A stretch of 64,000 nt of DNA from the human T2T-CHM13v2.0 reference genome, Homo sapiens (GCF_009914755.1 NC_060944.1), one strand, 5' to 3'; shown: positions 46,912 through 63,267, numbered from the stretch's first letter. Translations and numbers: made by a program. The notes: generated by a model from the sequence alone, not told the origin.

Positions 46912-47050
46912 TTTATTTTTGTTTTTGGGAGACAGGTCTCACTGTGTTGCCCAGGCTGGTCTCAAACTCCTGGGCTCGTGTGATTCAAGTGGTCCTCCTG
47001 CCTCAGCCTCCCGAGTAGCTGGAATTACAGATGTGTACCACCACAGCCTG
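46912..47050 (-). mobile_element. Alu monomer (FLAM/FAM-like)
   Basis: Single-arm reverse Alu. Confidence 0.75.
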
Positions 47051-47735
47051 CTCTGAAACCTCATTTTATAGATGAGGAAATTGAGGCTCAGGAACTGAAA
47101 TAATTTGCCCAGGGTTTACACCTGGGAATCTATAAAGTTGATGTTAGAACCCAGGTCAGTCTGACCATAAATACCATTGTTCTTCCAGACCTGACCTTCC
47201 TTGGGCTGTTAATCTCCCTCTCTAATTCTGATTTTTCTTATAAAGTTCAAGAAGGCCTACTTACTTAGGGATTCAGAAAGGAGATTCAGTTGAGGGGCTG
47301 AACAGGGCAGGTAGGAGTTAGGGGTCCCTCTGAGCAGTGGTATTTCTAGTGAGGGGGACTACTAGACTGAAAGATAGGAAGAACCTTCAAGCAGGCAGAG
47401 GCCCAGGCTAAAAGTGACCACAAGAAGAAGAATACGTCTGTAACACATGGGATCTCATAAACACTTGGGCCAGTACAGGGTAAGGACCTGAGTGCTGGCT
47501 TGAAGTTGAGAAACCTAGGTTTTTATCTTCTCTCTCAACATGTGCCCTTGGACAGTCTTCATTTCCCTATTTGTAAAGTTGGAGTGCCTCCCTGTCCCCT
47601 CACGTCTCATGTGTGTACTCCTACCATGCAGGTATGTTACAGAGAATCAAATGAGAAATGCAAGTTGGAAAACTTTGTGAATTGTAAAGCAGCATGAACG
47701 AAACAAGAAAGTGAGAAGAAAGCATTTTAAGTGTC

Positions 47736-48153
47736 TGTCTTAGCTCGTTTTATGTTGTTATAAAGGAGTACCTGAGGCTGAGTAATTTATAAAGAGAAAA
47801 GGTTTATTTGTCTCACAATTCGAATGTCTGGAAAAGTTCAAGATTGGGTGTCTGCACCCAGTGAGGGCCTTAGGCTGCTTCTACTGTGGTGGAAAGGGAA
47901 CTGCTGTGGGTAGAAATCAGATGGTAAGAAAGGGAGAGGGGAGATGCCAGGCTCTTCTTAACAACCATCTCTTACTGGAACAAAGAGAGTGAGAATTCAC
48001 TCACTTCCCCTACCCTCCTTCCAGGGAGGGGATTAATCTATTCATGAGGGATCTGCCCCCAACGATCCAAACCTCCCATTAGGTCCCGCCTTAAACATTG
48101 GGGATCAGATTTCAGCAAGAGGTTTGGAGGAGTCCACCATCCAAAATATAGCA
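47736..48153 (-). mobile_element. MST-type MaLR solo LTR
   Basis: tgtcttagctcg...atatagca; 5-bp TSD gtgtc/gtatc. Confidence 0.85.
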
Positions 48154-49262
48154 GTATCTGTAGCGTCCCAGTCCCTGACCTGTTTGCCGCCCCATTCCCC
48201 AAAAGTAAACGGGAGGGTTTTCCTTTGGAAATTTTCACTGTAAATCTTCTTCTGTGCCCTTCTCCTCCTCTCCTTTCTTTTGTGGGCCCTACCCATAGCT
48301 TAGTCTTTCCATAAGGAAAGGGATTCCAGGGCAGAGATGACAAAGCCAGGTAGCACAGGCAGCCACGATTTGCAATATGTGTGCTGCAGAGTGCAGGTTT
48401 GAGTGCACTCATGAACCGTGGTATAGGATACTACAGCAGTTCCCAAGAGCCCATCCCAACAGGAGTCAGCACTCCACTGAGATGTTGCCTTGTTCCCTGC
48501 TGTCATCTCTTGAAGAAGGCTATTCCTCTTTTGGCCCTAGGTTCCCTGCCTGCCTCTGCTTACTGCTAGTGAAAAAGGCTCTTGTGCTGTAGCCTCACAT
48601 TTTATGGAGGCCATGGTCATTCCAGTTTTTCTACCATCTTGTTCTCCCCCTTCACCAACGATGGGGGCCATTCTCTTCGCACTGTGTTTTAACAATGGAC
48701 ATTCTGTTCTTCTGTCTGCCTGAGAGTGCACAGAGGGTTTTGACCCCTACCTTCCCTCCTACTCTGAATATCCAGGCTCTTGCTGCCACTTCTTTTTGCC
48801 TTGTTAATCTAAAGTTCTACAGCTTCTGGCCTTTCCCTGGCCTGGGTGCCAAGCTTGGATCTTATATGCTTCCTGTAACAACTGCCCTGTGAAAAAGCTC
48901 CACTATTAACTTTTAAAATATGAATGATTCCACGTAAATAAGTGTGTAATATATACATTTATATATGATAAGCTACCCATATAATAGCTTATTTATCTAA
49001 CAGCCTCATTTTTCCAGAGTCCAACTGAAAAACAAGAGGGAAGTAAAGCATTGTCATCCTTAAGTATTTGCACAGTGCTAATTTATTCTTATTTTTATGT
49101 GTTGTTGTAACAAGTTTAGCATTTGGTTTCTAAAACCCCATAAGATTAAAAGAAGAATATCAAAAAAGGGAGAAGAGCTGCTATATTAATACCGTCTAGG
49201 GGTGAGAGCTGAAAGCTGACTGAAAGGGGAGGGGTGAAAGAAGAAGTTAAAACAACAGTCTG

Positions 49263-49579
<317 letters not shown>

Positions 49580-50054
49580 AGTCTGGAGGCCACTTAATTT
49601 AGGAGCAGCACCTCCACAAACATCGGTGTCCCTCAGTAAGATGAGGGTGGGGCTGGGTAATTTCTGTGGTAGTTTTGGGTTCCTCTCGAAGGCTAGAGTT
49701 ATCAGAAAATGTTAATTATTTATAGTATCTACTATATATTATCAGGCACTATACTGAATGCTCTACATAAATATATTTCATTTTCATAGCAACTTGGCAG
49801 GTAGGTGGTGATATTCTTATTTTATAAATTACTTGAGAGTTAGAGAGGGACGTGTAGGCAGTGATCAGAAGAGCTAAGCTTAGAACCCAGAAGAATCTGG
49901 CTTCAGAAAACCAAGTTTTTTTATGATATCCTACATTGGCTCTTTCCCCACGACCTAAAACCCTGGTCCTCCTCAGCCTCTTGAGCTAGTAGTCCCCCAC
50001 TCATCCTTTTTGTTCATTCTCCTATATACGTTTTTCTTTTTAAAGATATACATT

Positions 50055-51410
50055 TATTCATTCATTCAGTGAGTATTGGAGTGTCTGTCATATACCAGGC
50101 ACAGTTTCAAGTGTTTGAGGTGTAGCAGTGAATAAAATAGTTTTCTCTCTGTAGTTTACGTTCTAGTAGAGGAAAGCAGATAAATGAATAAATCTGAAGA
50201 AAAATAGCAGGGTAAGGGAATAGGGAGACACTGGATTATTAAAGAAGGCCTCTCAGAAAATAAAATTTGTGCAGAAATATGCAAGAACTGGAGTAGTGAG
50301 CTATGTGTATCTTTGGGGGAATAACTTTCTAGGCATAGAGCGTGCTTCTTGATTCTAAGGAACGAAAGGAGGCCAGTGTGGCTACAGATGGAGTAAACGA
50401 AGGGGGAGATAGGAATATGGAGAAGTCACAAGGGTAGACAGGGACCAGATCATGGAGAGCTTTATTCTGAGTTAAATAGGAAGACATTGGAGAGTTTTGA
50501 ATAGAGGAATGACATAATCTGACATCCATTAAAAAAAAAAAAATTCCCCTGCCTAATTGTACCAGCTGGGATCTCTAGTACAGCGTTGAATAGAATTGAT
50601 AAGAGCAGACAGCCTTCCTTACTTTGTTCCCAATTTTAGGAGGAAAGTATTCCATCTTTCAGGCTAAGGAAGTTCCCTTTTATTCCTAGTTTATTGAGAG
50701 GTTTCATTATGGATGACTGTTGGATTTTGTTGATTTTATGGTCTTTGTTCTTTATTCTACATTGACATTACATTAATTGATTTTCAGATATTAAATCAAC
50801 TTCACATTCCTAGAATAAATCCCACATGGTTGTAGTGTATAATCCTTTTTATATGGAGTTAGATTTGATTTGCTGGGGAATATTGTTCTGTAGTTTTCTT
50901 AGGTCTTTATCTGCTTTTGGCATTAGGGTGGCCTCATGGAATGAATTGATGTGTTCCCTCCTCCTCTGATTTCTGAAAGAGTTTGTAAAGGATTGGTATT
51001 ATTTCTTCTTTAATTGTTTGATAGAATTCATCAGTGAAGCCACATGGGCCTGGGCTTGTCTTTGTTGGAAGAGTTTAAAATTACTAATTCAAATGTCTTA
51101 CTTGTTAAATCTACTTAGATTTTCTCTTTCTTTTTGAGTCACTTTTGATAATTTGTGTATTTTTAGGAATGTTTCCATTTCACCCAAGTTGTCTAATTTG
51201 TTGGTAATTTGTGTCTTTTTTTTTCTTGGTCAGTCTAGATACAGGTTTGTTGATTTTGCTGGTGTTTTCAAAGAACCAACTTTTGGTTTCATTGTTTTTC
51301 TTTTCCATTGATTTTTTATTATTTTCTGTTTTATTTATTTTGTTTATTGTTTTTATTATTTTCTAATTTCTGCTGCTTTGGGTCTAGTTTGCTCTTTTCT
51401 AGTTTCTTAA
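50055..51410 (-). mobile_element. L2 fragment (~50055-50530) followed by an old L1M fragment (~50545-51410)
   Basis: ttcattcattcagtgagtattg (L2 end); T-rich antisense L1 ORF2-like motifs such as gaagttcccttttattcctag and gtgaagccacatgggcctgg. Confidence 0.7.
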
Positions 51411-54208
51411 GGATTCGTTCATTGATTTTTGAGGCAGGATACACCCCAAACCAAACAATTCTTCAGGCTTGACTATACCAGTGGACTATCAGTTTGCTCC
51501 TTCTGATACAGTAGCCTCTGGAGAAGTATCAAACTTCAGAGGGGGCCTGATTCAGAAACAATAGGGAAGACAAGTGGCCTACAATGTATATGTGTTACCA
51601 GTAGAGAGGGTGCTAGGGCTAGACCCATAGTGCTCGGCAGCCTGGCTCCTGCCTGCCCCAAATCAGCACTGGGCAGGCTGAGCTTTGAGTAAGACATACG
51701 GGGGTGGTGTAGCAGGAAGTCAGGTGACACATGGCAAGCCAGGGCCTCCCAGGCTTCTGCAGAAGGTTGCCTGATACAGAGCTAGAAGAGACCGCTGCCC
51801 GCCTCATGGACTTCAGAGGCTTCACAGTGGCTTTTGGGGGACCATTCTGAACACCTCTTTTGCCTGTTACAACTGAAATTCTAAGCAGAGATTTGATTCC
51901 ATTAAATAAGGCTTACAGTGCAGATGCCATAGGTAACATTGAGATAGGAGGGGCTCTGAGCAATGCCTGGCTTGCTGGTGACTTACTTGTGGCCTTTAGT
52001 TTCCTCATCTATAAACAAGGAATAATAGTTTCTACCCAGCGTACTGTGTAAAGCACATTTCAGATAAGTGCTATATAAAACCATTGGATAGTGTACAAAT
52101 GTACAAGACTATTAATGTTAGTAATTACAGTGATAGGGACCTGGGATAGAGTCTGAGAAGGTCTAGGAGCAGTAGCAGTGCATCATTGTCCTTCAGGGTA
52201 TGGGGATGAATGTTTGACCAGAGTGGACCTGATAGCTTAGAAAGGGCAGGAGACTCATTGTCTGCCAGTGTAATCATCAGATGGCTCCTAGAGAATTCTA
52301 TGCAGGAGCGGGTATCTGTGGGGGAGGCTGCCAGAGCAGCTCATGTAAGAAACAGCTGTTCCTATTCACTCTCCACCCAAGGATTTTGGCCATATTTTAT
52401 TACTTTGGTTCCAGAAACAGCTGGCTTGCTTGAGGATTGCTGTCATAGCAAAGCAATAACCTCCAGCTTGCTTGGGGGAAAGGAATTGCATGCAAAGGGC
52501 TCTGGGCTCTATGAGGTCCCGGGTTCCCCTGCTTCCTTCCCCAGTTTTCATTAAAACTAAAGAAGATCCTTTTGTCCCTTTGGAGCAGCAGGCCAGAGCA
52601 GAAGAACAGCCAAACAGGAGAGGGACCTGTAGGTTAGATTAACTGGAAGGCAGTTCTAGGGATTTTGGCTGTGGCAGTGAGACAGGGTCCTAAGCCTGAG
52701 AACATGGCCAAGAGAGCAAAATCTAAGCTGGATAACAACAGCTTAAGAAACCAAGGTCTGTGAGCGTTGGTGGTTCTAGAACCTTGAGATGAGTGAGAGA
52801 TGAATAAAGGGGTCTTATTGAATGGGACAGATTGGGGGGTGCTCAAAAGCTACTTTACCCCATTAACACAAAGCAGAAATTGCTTCTTTGGAATTATCTG
52901 TCATTGTATTATTTGAGTCTCCACTATCCATCCTTCCCCTCATTGCCACCTCCCATATCCCCAATTAACGTAAACTGTCAAGAGTCAACAATTCTGAGTA
53001 CATAGGGCAAGAGGTAAAAGATAAAAGATATCTGTGGTATAACTGGTCTTTAGGAAGATGAAGTAACTGCATCTTTCCCACCATTGTGTGTATTCTTAAT
53101 ACCAAGATTTGGGTCCTTGATCTGACATTTATTTTCTGTGTGACTAACTTCTCTGAGCTGTAGTTTGCTCATATACAAAATGGGAATAATAATGCCTACT
53201 TTATATAGTGATTGTGTTGCTAGTAGATGAAGAAAATACCTGGCCTGGCTTGGCGTTCAATCACTAGTGATTGGAATAAATTCTGATACCATGTGTTGAG
53301 TGTCAGATTGAAGTAGGAGAGTGTGGCGATCCAGGCTCTTAACCTTGTTCTACTGACTCAAACCTGGGAAAGCATTTTATACCTGGGCCTCTTTTTCCTC
53401 AGTTCTACAAACAGGGAATGAGGTAGAAAGTTGGTCTGTAATTGCTGATGTTTCTTCCTGTTCTGTGTCTCCAAAGGCGCATTGGTCTGTGGTCCAAGGA
53501 GATTAAAGAGTCAACAGGGACCTAAGAGAAGTCTCAACTTCGGTCCTGCTTAAGCCTGCAGCAGGAACAGTTAAAAACAAAAAGCCGCTATCTATAGTAA
53601 GGTGTTAGAAGTGGCTGGGAGTATGCTGCAGGGGCAGTGACCTGCCTGTCACCCAGCATTTGGAAAATAAATGTCAAAGAGAAGATCATAATGGCCTAGA
53701 AGGTTGGAAACTGAGTAGCTAGCAAGTGTGAGAGAGGGACCATGAGACATAGGACCCAGATTGTGCTCTATCACCCACTCATTGGGTGTTCCCAGTCAAG
53801 CTATTTCTCTTTGCATCCTCCATATCCCCATCTGTAAAAATGAGTTAGGCATTGTATTCTCCAAGTGCCTCTTCAGGGCTTTCTGAAATTTCATTGGCCC
53901 CTTTTTTCTGGCTCTTGTGTTTGTACTCTAGCTTTTGCCTTTGGTACTGAGGATTTCATTTATGAGAAGGCTTTTTAACCAGCCAGGCTTTGTCTAGCCC
54001 TAGAGTATTTAGAATGCTCCTGAAACTATGATTTCAGGCCATTCAATTTGCATCTAGAAATGCCTTGGTTCACCTGATCCTACTCCCTCATTTAACATTG
54101 AGAGATAATGCAACAGAGAAGAAAGACTACAGGCTTGACAAATGACCCCCAATTCAGATTCCTGCCAGTACTAGCTTAATCTTTCTGAACCATATCACCA
54201 TCATTTAA

Positions 54209-54552
<344 letters not shown>

Positions 54553-56213
54553 TTAGAAGAGGAAAGAAAAAACTGAGGCCCAAGAGGTGAAGTCACCTGT
54601 TCAGGTTCAGGTTCACACCCGAATCCAGATCTCTTGTGTCTCATTCCAGAGTTTTTTTCCCCTCTAGAGCCAAGGTCAGTTGTGCCCATATGGATATGGT
54701 AGCAAAGATTGGAACTGAAAGCATGTCAGCTTTTTTAACATCTCCGCCAACAGCCCTCTCAATTCCCCTGTGGCACGTGTCAATAACACAGCCCGTACTT
54801 GTTTTAGAAACAAGCGCTCCATAAGCACTCCTGTTTGATTTGCTTTGGCTGGTACAGGATCCAGATGCTCTTAGAATAGCACAACAGACTCTCCAAATCA
54901 GCCTATTCCCATTCCGAGCCACTCACAGCTCTGATCTGCTGCTGGCTGGGGTTCATCCCCGAGTCTTCCCTACCTATCATGTGAATCACGTTCAGACTTT
55001 TGCTAGTTTGTCCTTTCCCTCTTGAGTAGAAGTAACATTTATTGTGTGCATACTGTGTGCCAGGTATTGTGACAGGTACTTTAAATAGATTATCTCCCTT
55101 AATCTTTATAACTCATTAAGCTATTAATAGCTCCAAAGGGGAAAGCTGAGGCTCAGTGAAGTGAATGAATTTACTGAAGCCACATATCTAGTCTCTGAAA
55201 GAGCTAGAGTTTGAACTGAGTCCTGACCCCATTGACTAAGCTGTAAGGTAAGCTGTTTCCTGAGTATCATACTGCCTCCCTGTCCTCTGGCCACGGCCCT
55301 TCCAGGAGGGTAGAGTGTTTGGGAGTACCCAAGAATAGGCGTTTGGTGCCCTGAGTGTAATAGGAATGTCTTCCATGCCTTCAGTGTATTTTCCTGAGAG
55401 TTTCTGCACTCTGTGCCTCAAACCAACTTCTCTAGAACTCAGATATAGAGCCCAGAGATCCAAGCACTGAGTTAGAAGCTATGTTTCCATCGTGATCATG
55501 GAACAGAGTCCCTAGTGAAAAGTATATTTGTCCTTTTCAAAGTTGAATAGAGAGAGTATTTCAAGCAATAACCCCTACTTGTATGACCAACTCCAAAGTA
55601 CAGGGAAGGAAAGGGAAAGGGTCTGTACTCCTCAACCGTGATAAGTCTCCTCCAGGGACCTGGCAGGAGTGGAGACATGCACACACAAAAGATTTTAGGA
55701 CTAAGATTGTTCTGATAGGTTCTCAAATCTGTACTCAACAGTTTGCAAAGCAGTTTACCTTCAAGAAACCGTACTGTGAAGAAACTGAAGGAATCTGCCT
55801 TTATGTGACAGAGCCAGGGGCTAGAGTCCAAATCTTTAGTCTTGATAATGCCAGTGAGGCTAAGTCTTCCCTGAGAGGGTTTTCTCTCTGGCGTTGGGCG
55901 TACCCAGTCTCCACTTGCAAAAGGAGCAGGCCCTTAGTCTCTGTCTTTTTCTCAGCCTTCCTCTGCCCTCTTGTCCCCCTCCTCACTCATTCATACTCAA
56001 TTGCTAGGGACTTATTTCAACCCCTTATAGGGTGTTATTTTTAGGCACAGGGTGATAGGAGATATTTTTTGTTTCTGTATTTTCCCCAGGATCAATTGCC
56101 ATAAAATCATGGAATTTTAGGATATCAGAGTGGGAAGGGACCTTAATTGACAATCATCAAGTTTACATAGTAACCCTTTTTTTAAAACATGTAACATCCA
56201 GAACAGAGCTTCT

Positions 56214-56540
56214 GGCTGGGTGCAGTGGCTCATGCCTGTAATTGCCAGCACTTTGGGAGGCTGAGGCGGGTGGATCATTTGAGGTGAGGAGTTTGAGACC
56301 AGCCTGGCCAACATGGTGAAACCCTGTCTCTACTAAAATACAAAAATTAGCTAGGCATGGTGGCATGGGTCTGTAATCCCAGCTATTCAGGAGGCTGAGA
56401 TGGGAGGATTGCTTGAGCGCGGGATTGCCATCCCGGCGGGTGGAGGTTGCAGTGAGGGGAGATCAAGCCACTGCAGTCCAGCCTGGGCAACAGAGCGAGA
56501 TGCCGTCTCAAAAAACAAACATAAACAAAAACAACCAAAC
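56214..56540 (+). mobile_element. Alu (J/S) with a small internal insertion
   Basis: TSD aacagagct. Confidence 0.9.
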
Positions 56541-58717
56541 AGAGCTGCTTTGGCTGAAGCAGCAGCAAGAGGCCTAGTAGCTCAGCCTCCCCACTACCCT
56601 TACCAAACAAAGACGATCCCCGCTCCCGCCGAGGCAGCTGCCTTAAACTTCCAGGGTTCCCAGGATCACAGTTCGTAAAACGACACTGACCTGAACCAAC
56701 TCTCCCATTTTATCATTGTTAAATTGAAGCCCAGCAAAGGAGAGTAATGTGCCAAGGTCACAGAGTGAATTAGTGGCAGGTGCCCTGACTCTCTGCCTGG
56801 TGTCCTTTTTACTACCCTGAGCTGTATGTCATTATGTCATTTCGTTAAGTGACCACTTCTAACACTTGACTGGCATCCTGTGCCTGGGTGTCAGGCTTCT
56901 CTTGCCTCATGACATCTGGTTCCTGTGAGGTAGGCAGGCTTGTGAATGTGTGTACCTCGTCAGGGCATAATTTTCATACATAGAGTGAGCATGTGTCAGG
57001 TTTTGTTTAACTGATTAATGTGGAAACCAGCAGAAGTAGAATAGCTGAGAAATCAGATTTAGATTGTTAATGAAAGAAGGATTGCTGAAATAAAATTGTT
57101 TTGGTTAGTACCCTAATGAAAATATAACCTTTGGAAATATTTTATCTGCGTATTAAAGGTATATACCTTCTTAGTTTTTTACACATTAACCTCTTACTGC
57201 AGAGTTTTAAAACATTTGGGCCCTAATCGTTTGTGAAGAATAACAAAATTCCATTTCCCAAGAGTGTCAGATGACTTAGTTCATAGTAAACAATGTGTCT
57301 AACATGACTTTTAAGTGGTCACACAATCATCTTTTTGCCTTCCAAATTTTGGATAATTTTCCTTAACATACAATCACTAAAAATGATCAGAACCTCTTGT
57401 GTTAAAGCCAGCTAGAGCCATCCCAACCCAGGAAGGCAGCTTTCTGCTCAGGGAACAGATGTGACCTCTTTACTAAGGTTTCTGCAGTCAGCAGCCATCA
57501 ACAAGATCTTGAGCTCACTCTCCTTGCAGCCCTGCTCAGTGGCCTGGGATTTGGCCTTTGCTAATCCTAGACTTGCTTCTTTTTCTTCCCCTGCTCAAGG
57601 AGGCTCTTTTCTTCCTTGTGGTCTCACCCTCAGGACCATCTTGGATGCAAAGAGGTTACAGAGTTCCATTTGGAGGAAGTTTATTTTATGTGCAGAGCCA
57701 GTTCTACTCAGAATAGGCAGCTGCTTTCATTATGTGGTTTTGTCTCTGAACATGTTTTGTCCATCTTTCCATCCCCACTGCTACCACCCAAGGCCAGATC
57801 TTAATAATCTGTCTCTGGCAGCGTTTTAATTATCAACTCACTTGCCACTCCATGTCCAGTCTTTACCCTGAAATATAACCTTTTCTCTCTCCATAGCTTT
57901 TAAGACACAGATCTTATTCCTGTGACTTCCTTGCTCATGAAACCTCTAAAATCTAATCTTCTTAGAATGATACTTGAGGTTCTGCAAAGACTTTTGCCCT
58001 TTTCTTTCCAGTCCTTTCTCCAATCGTCTCCTCATACCCTGTTCCATGGGGGTTCATACTAGTGGGTAGGAATATTAGAGAAACCATCTTTGGGACAGTA
58101 TGAAGGTTAGGAAGGATTCTTTGTTGTGGGGCCATGTTAAGATTTAATTTGATAAAACTTTGTGCTCGGCACAGAAGTAAGTCTTAGGAATAAGGAGTAG
58201 CCAAACACATGGTTAAGGCTTTTGGAGCCTGTAGTTGATGAAGAAGGACAGGAAGGTAAAGTAAGTAGGCTAGAGCGATAATCACTCTGAATGGAAACCT
58301 GGAGAGAGTGCTTTAGGAGCTTGGAGGGGACCACTACCTGAGAGATGAAGGAATACCTCCCAGAAGAGGTAATATTTGAGTTGGACTTCAAAGATGAGGC
58401 ATTTGGTAATTATGAAGGGGAGACTGTAACTTCCAAGCAGAAAGACCAGTGAGGACAGAGGCACAGAAGCTTATGTGGGTGTTTCAGAGAAGGGAAAACA
58501 GTCCATTGTAGCCAGAGTATAAGAGTTCAGGAATAGGACTGTGGTTAGGGTTAAAGTTACCAAAGTAAGTTAGGGTCAAACTCTGAAGGACATAATATTG
58601 GAGGCTATTGTGTATGTACTGTGTTTTACACATAGCATGCAACAATAATTGATTAATTAGGTGATATATATTTGTCTATTTGTACGAGTATGTAGCTGTG
58701 TGTTGGTATGTGCGTTA

Positions 58718-59025
58718 CTTTTTTTTTTTTTCCGAGATGGGGTTTTTCTCTTATTGCCCAGACCGGAATGGCAATGGCGTGATTTTGGCTCACTGCAACC
58801 TCCTAGGTTCAAGTGATTCTTCTGCCTCAGCCTCCCTAGTAGCTGGGATTACAGGCATGCACCACCACACCCGGCTAATTTCGTATTTTTGGTAGAGGCG
58901 GAGTTTCTCCATGTTGGTCAGGCTGGTCTTGAACTCCTCACTTTAGGTGATCGGCCGACCTCAGGTGATCCGCCTGCCTCGGCCTCCCGAAGCTGGGATT
59001 ACAGGCGTGAGCCACCACACCTGAC
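58718..59025 (-). mobile_element. AluSp-like with an internal ~20-bp duplication
   Basis: aggtgatc is duplicated within 58935-58975. Confidence 0.88.
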
Positions 59026-59304
59026 GTGTGTTAACATTTGAAGAACCATTGAGGCCAAGCAAATATCAAAAATTGAAGCCAGAAGGACAGATTGGACCTA
59101 AGCTTACCTAGGCTTGGAGCTCCTGAGATGTTCCCCAGTTCCACAAGCCCGTAAGTTAGTCACAGAAAGCCAGCATTGGAAGGGACCTTAGGGACAGTGT
59201 TTATACTTACATACATTCAGTTATCCATTCAACAGATGTCTGATACTGCCCATAGAACTGGGATACAGTAATGAACAAAACAAGGACTGCCTTCATGGAA
59301 CTTG

Positions 59305-59604
59305 TTATTTATTTATTTATTGAGACAGGGTTTCACTCTGTCACCCAGGCTGGAGTGCAGTGGCATGATCGTGGCTCACTGCAGCCTTGACCTGAGCTTA
59401 AGCAATCCTCCCACCTCAGCCTCCTGAGTAGCTGGGACTACAGGCATGCACCACCACACCTAGCTAATTAAAAATTTTTTTTTGTAGAGCCAGGGTCTCC
59501 CTACGTTGCCTAGGATGGTCTCAACATCTTGGGCTTAAGCGATCCTCCTGCCTCGGAGGCCTCCCAAAATGTTGGGATTACAGGTATGAGCCACTGTGCC
59601 CAGC
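59305..59604 (-). mobile_element. AluJ
   Basis: Reverse Alu with (TTTA)n tail. Confidence 0.9.
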
Positions 59605-61176
59605 GTAGAACTTATTTTAATGGGGAAAACAATGAAAAAATTAGTAAATCAATTATGTAATTCTATATGCATTATGAAGAAAGATAAGCAGGAGTAAAAT
59701 GTTAAAAAGTGGCCAGAGTAGACCTCTCTAAGGAGGAAGATCATTACCAGCTGAGAGAAGGGCAGGTGAAAAGGCCCTGATGCAAGAGCATGTTTGTAGA
59801 ATAATTAGAAGGCAGCCAGTGTGGCTGGAGTAGCAGCAGTAAAGAGGAAAGAGGCAGGAGATAAGGTTGGAGAGTGGGCAGCTGAGGCCAGAACATAGGG
59901 CCCCGAGGTCCATTGGGCTGATGAGGAAATGAAGTTGGCATGTAGCCAGGATCACACAGCAAGTTATGAGCCAGGCCAGGATTGGGAACGTTCTGGTTCA
60001 GGCTCCCTTCCTTTGCTCTCTGCCATCTTCTGTCTTTTGGCCAATATTAACTTGAATCCCATTTAATACCTTCATTTTCTTCTCCCTCATGTAGCTCTCT
60101 CCCATTTCTCAGACCTACATTTGCTCACATGATTTGGTAATAGAGTGATTTCTGGAAGGTCATGGCTAGAGTGGTCCTTGGACATCTTTTAGTTAAATCC
60201 CTGGTATTAGAAATCCACAGAGGGAAATTGGCCTGCTCAAGGCTACTTACCTAGTTAGGAGTAAAACTTGATTTCTTTTCCCCAGTTCTCTTGCCGTCTG
60301 GTGTCTGGCTCTTCATTTTCTGTGTGCCGTTCCCCTTTTCTTACAGTTTCCAGCGGAAGGGAATCAAGTTGTGACCCATGTAATTGACACAAGCAGCTAG
60401 CAGCATTCCAGGACCCCATGCCACCTGCCCTCACTTTAGCTTTTTGTTTGGTCTTTGTCATGTGAATTTACTGTTTGATTCAGGCCGGTGTCTTTGAACT
60501 ACTACCCTCTGCAAAGACATGTTGCTAACTCTGCATCCTTGCTCATGCTATTATTTCCACACCTGAACTGGCAGCCTGCTCTTAACCACAGGTCTGTATC
60601 CAGGAGGCTTGTCTTTGAAGCCCAGCCCCAGTCTTATCTCCAAAGAAGCAATGTGGAAAGAGGATAAAGTTTGGAGTTGGATATAGTTGGATTTGAATCC
60701 CAGCTTTGGCACATGCTGGGACCAAAGAAATCTTAGACAAGTAACTTGACTTCTGGGAGTGGTTTTCCTGTTTGTAAATGAGGCTATTAACACCTGCTTC
60801 ATGGGGTCATTGGAAGGATTATTTAAGGTATTGTATGTGTACATACTTTAAGCATTGGGTAAAGAGAAACTCTTATTCACTCCTCCTCAAAGGTGCCTTC
60901 TGAATGCCCTTTGCCTTTTTCGTAATACTTAATAGGTAACATTTCTTGGGAGGGTTTCTGTGTGACCGGCACTTTGCTAAGTGTCCAGTGCTTTTAAAAG
61001 GACTTACCACTGCAAGTGATTCCATAGTTGTCTCCAAATAAAAAGTTAATTTTTAAAAAGCACTGATCTCATTTTTTATATATTTGTTATTCTTGTTGTG
61101 TGTAGATAGAGGCCAGGTTAGGATTCAGTATATACCTGTGTTCCAGTTGTTGCTCTGTGATTTTCTAGCTGTGTAA

Positions 61177-61509
<333 letters not shown>

Positions 61510-62964
61510 TGACCTCTATTCTTAATGTGTTTTTCACACTAGAGCCCTAAAATTCAACACTAGTTACATTTGGAAACCTGACTTGCTAATCTGCTGACCT
61601 TGGAAAATGTGTCTTTGTTGAATACAGAGCAGTAGTACCTGGGCTGGCCCTGTGTGACTTAGAGCGGACAGTATGGGAGGTGGAGAACTGGGTGCATGGG
61701 AGCCATTAGATCAAGAATTGGAAATTCCTCACAAATAAAAGGTTTCTGGGGTAGGAGCAGGGGGCAGTGTTGATGGTGACTCTGCTTGGATTATCTTCTA
61801 GGGATGGAGGATTGCCAGCTCCATTGAATGGAAGGACTGGTGATGCGCAGCCACTCTTGCATGTGCCCGGGCAAAAGACAGTGTGTTGGTGGCAAATGCC
61901 TAATGTGTCTATGGCTGACCATGGGCCATCTCTGCCATTCAAGACATCAGCTCCTGGCAGAGTTGTATTGGTTTGATAGAGCTTTAGTCTTCGGAGTCGC
62001 ACAGACCTGAGTTCAAATCCTTCTCTGCCATTTACTGTAATAATTGTGTTCCTTAGGCTGATCCTTTAGCTCTCAGATCCTCTTTTTCCTTTTCTCTAAA
62101 ATGATGTGGTTGATATCTGCTTTTGAGGTTGTGAGGATTTAAAATAACAGGTAAATAGGTGCCACACAGTACCAGATACTTAGTTGGGTGAGTAGCCTGG
62201 TGATCTGTGGCTGTTAGCTCTTTGAAGGCCAGTATCCCTAGGAGATAGCAGCAACGTCAGCACTGCTCTGATTCCCTGACCAACCCCCAACCCCACCTTT
62301 GCCCTCAGAAATACCCTGGACCCTTGTTTCCTTCCTCAAGTTCAGACCCCAGAAATGTTGGGCAAGAAGGAGCCTCCAGGCCAGGCTTTATTGTGCCAGA
62401 TGTTATATCTGAGTAAGCAGGATTGTTACACAGCAGAGATACAGGAGCAGAGCAGGTAGCTCAGGCAGCTGCTGATGAACAAAAGGCTTCTTCTCTCTGT
62501 TCCCAATAAATTGGTCCTTGGGGATCCTAGCTTTGAAATTCTAATTGACACAGGAAGGAAAAGATTCATTAGGCTCTGGACTCGTTAAAATGCTCTGCTG
62601 CTCACCTACGATTTATTCTTGGCACTTCATCAAGAGGAATTAAGTAAACCAATGGGCTGGGAGGCTCCTGACAGCAGAGTCGTGTGTCTCTCGTGCTCCT
62701 GGGGGGATGAGAGTGTTGGGTCTCCTATGCTATGGAGCATATAGCTGGCTTTGGAATCTCCTCATCCCTAGGACTTCACATGAGTCTAAGTCTCATATGC
62801 TTTTAACAATGGAGGGACCTTCTGAGATCATACTGTGTAACTCATTTATAGATGGTCCAAAGAAGAACTGGGACTTGCTCAAGATCACGAAACGCATTAG
62901 TAGTGGAGTTAGAATTAGAATCAGTCAGGCTGCATGACTTCCAGGTCAAGAATATTTTCTCTGC

Positions 62965-63267
<303 letters not shown>

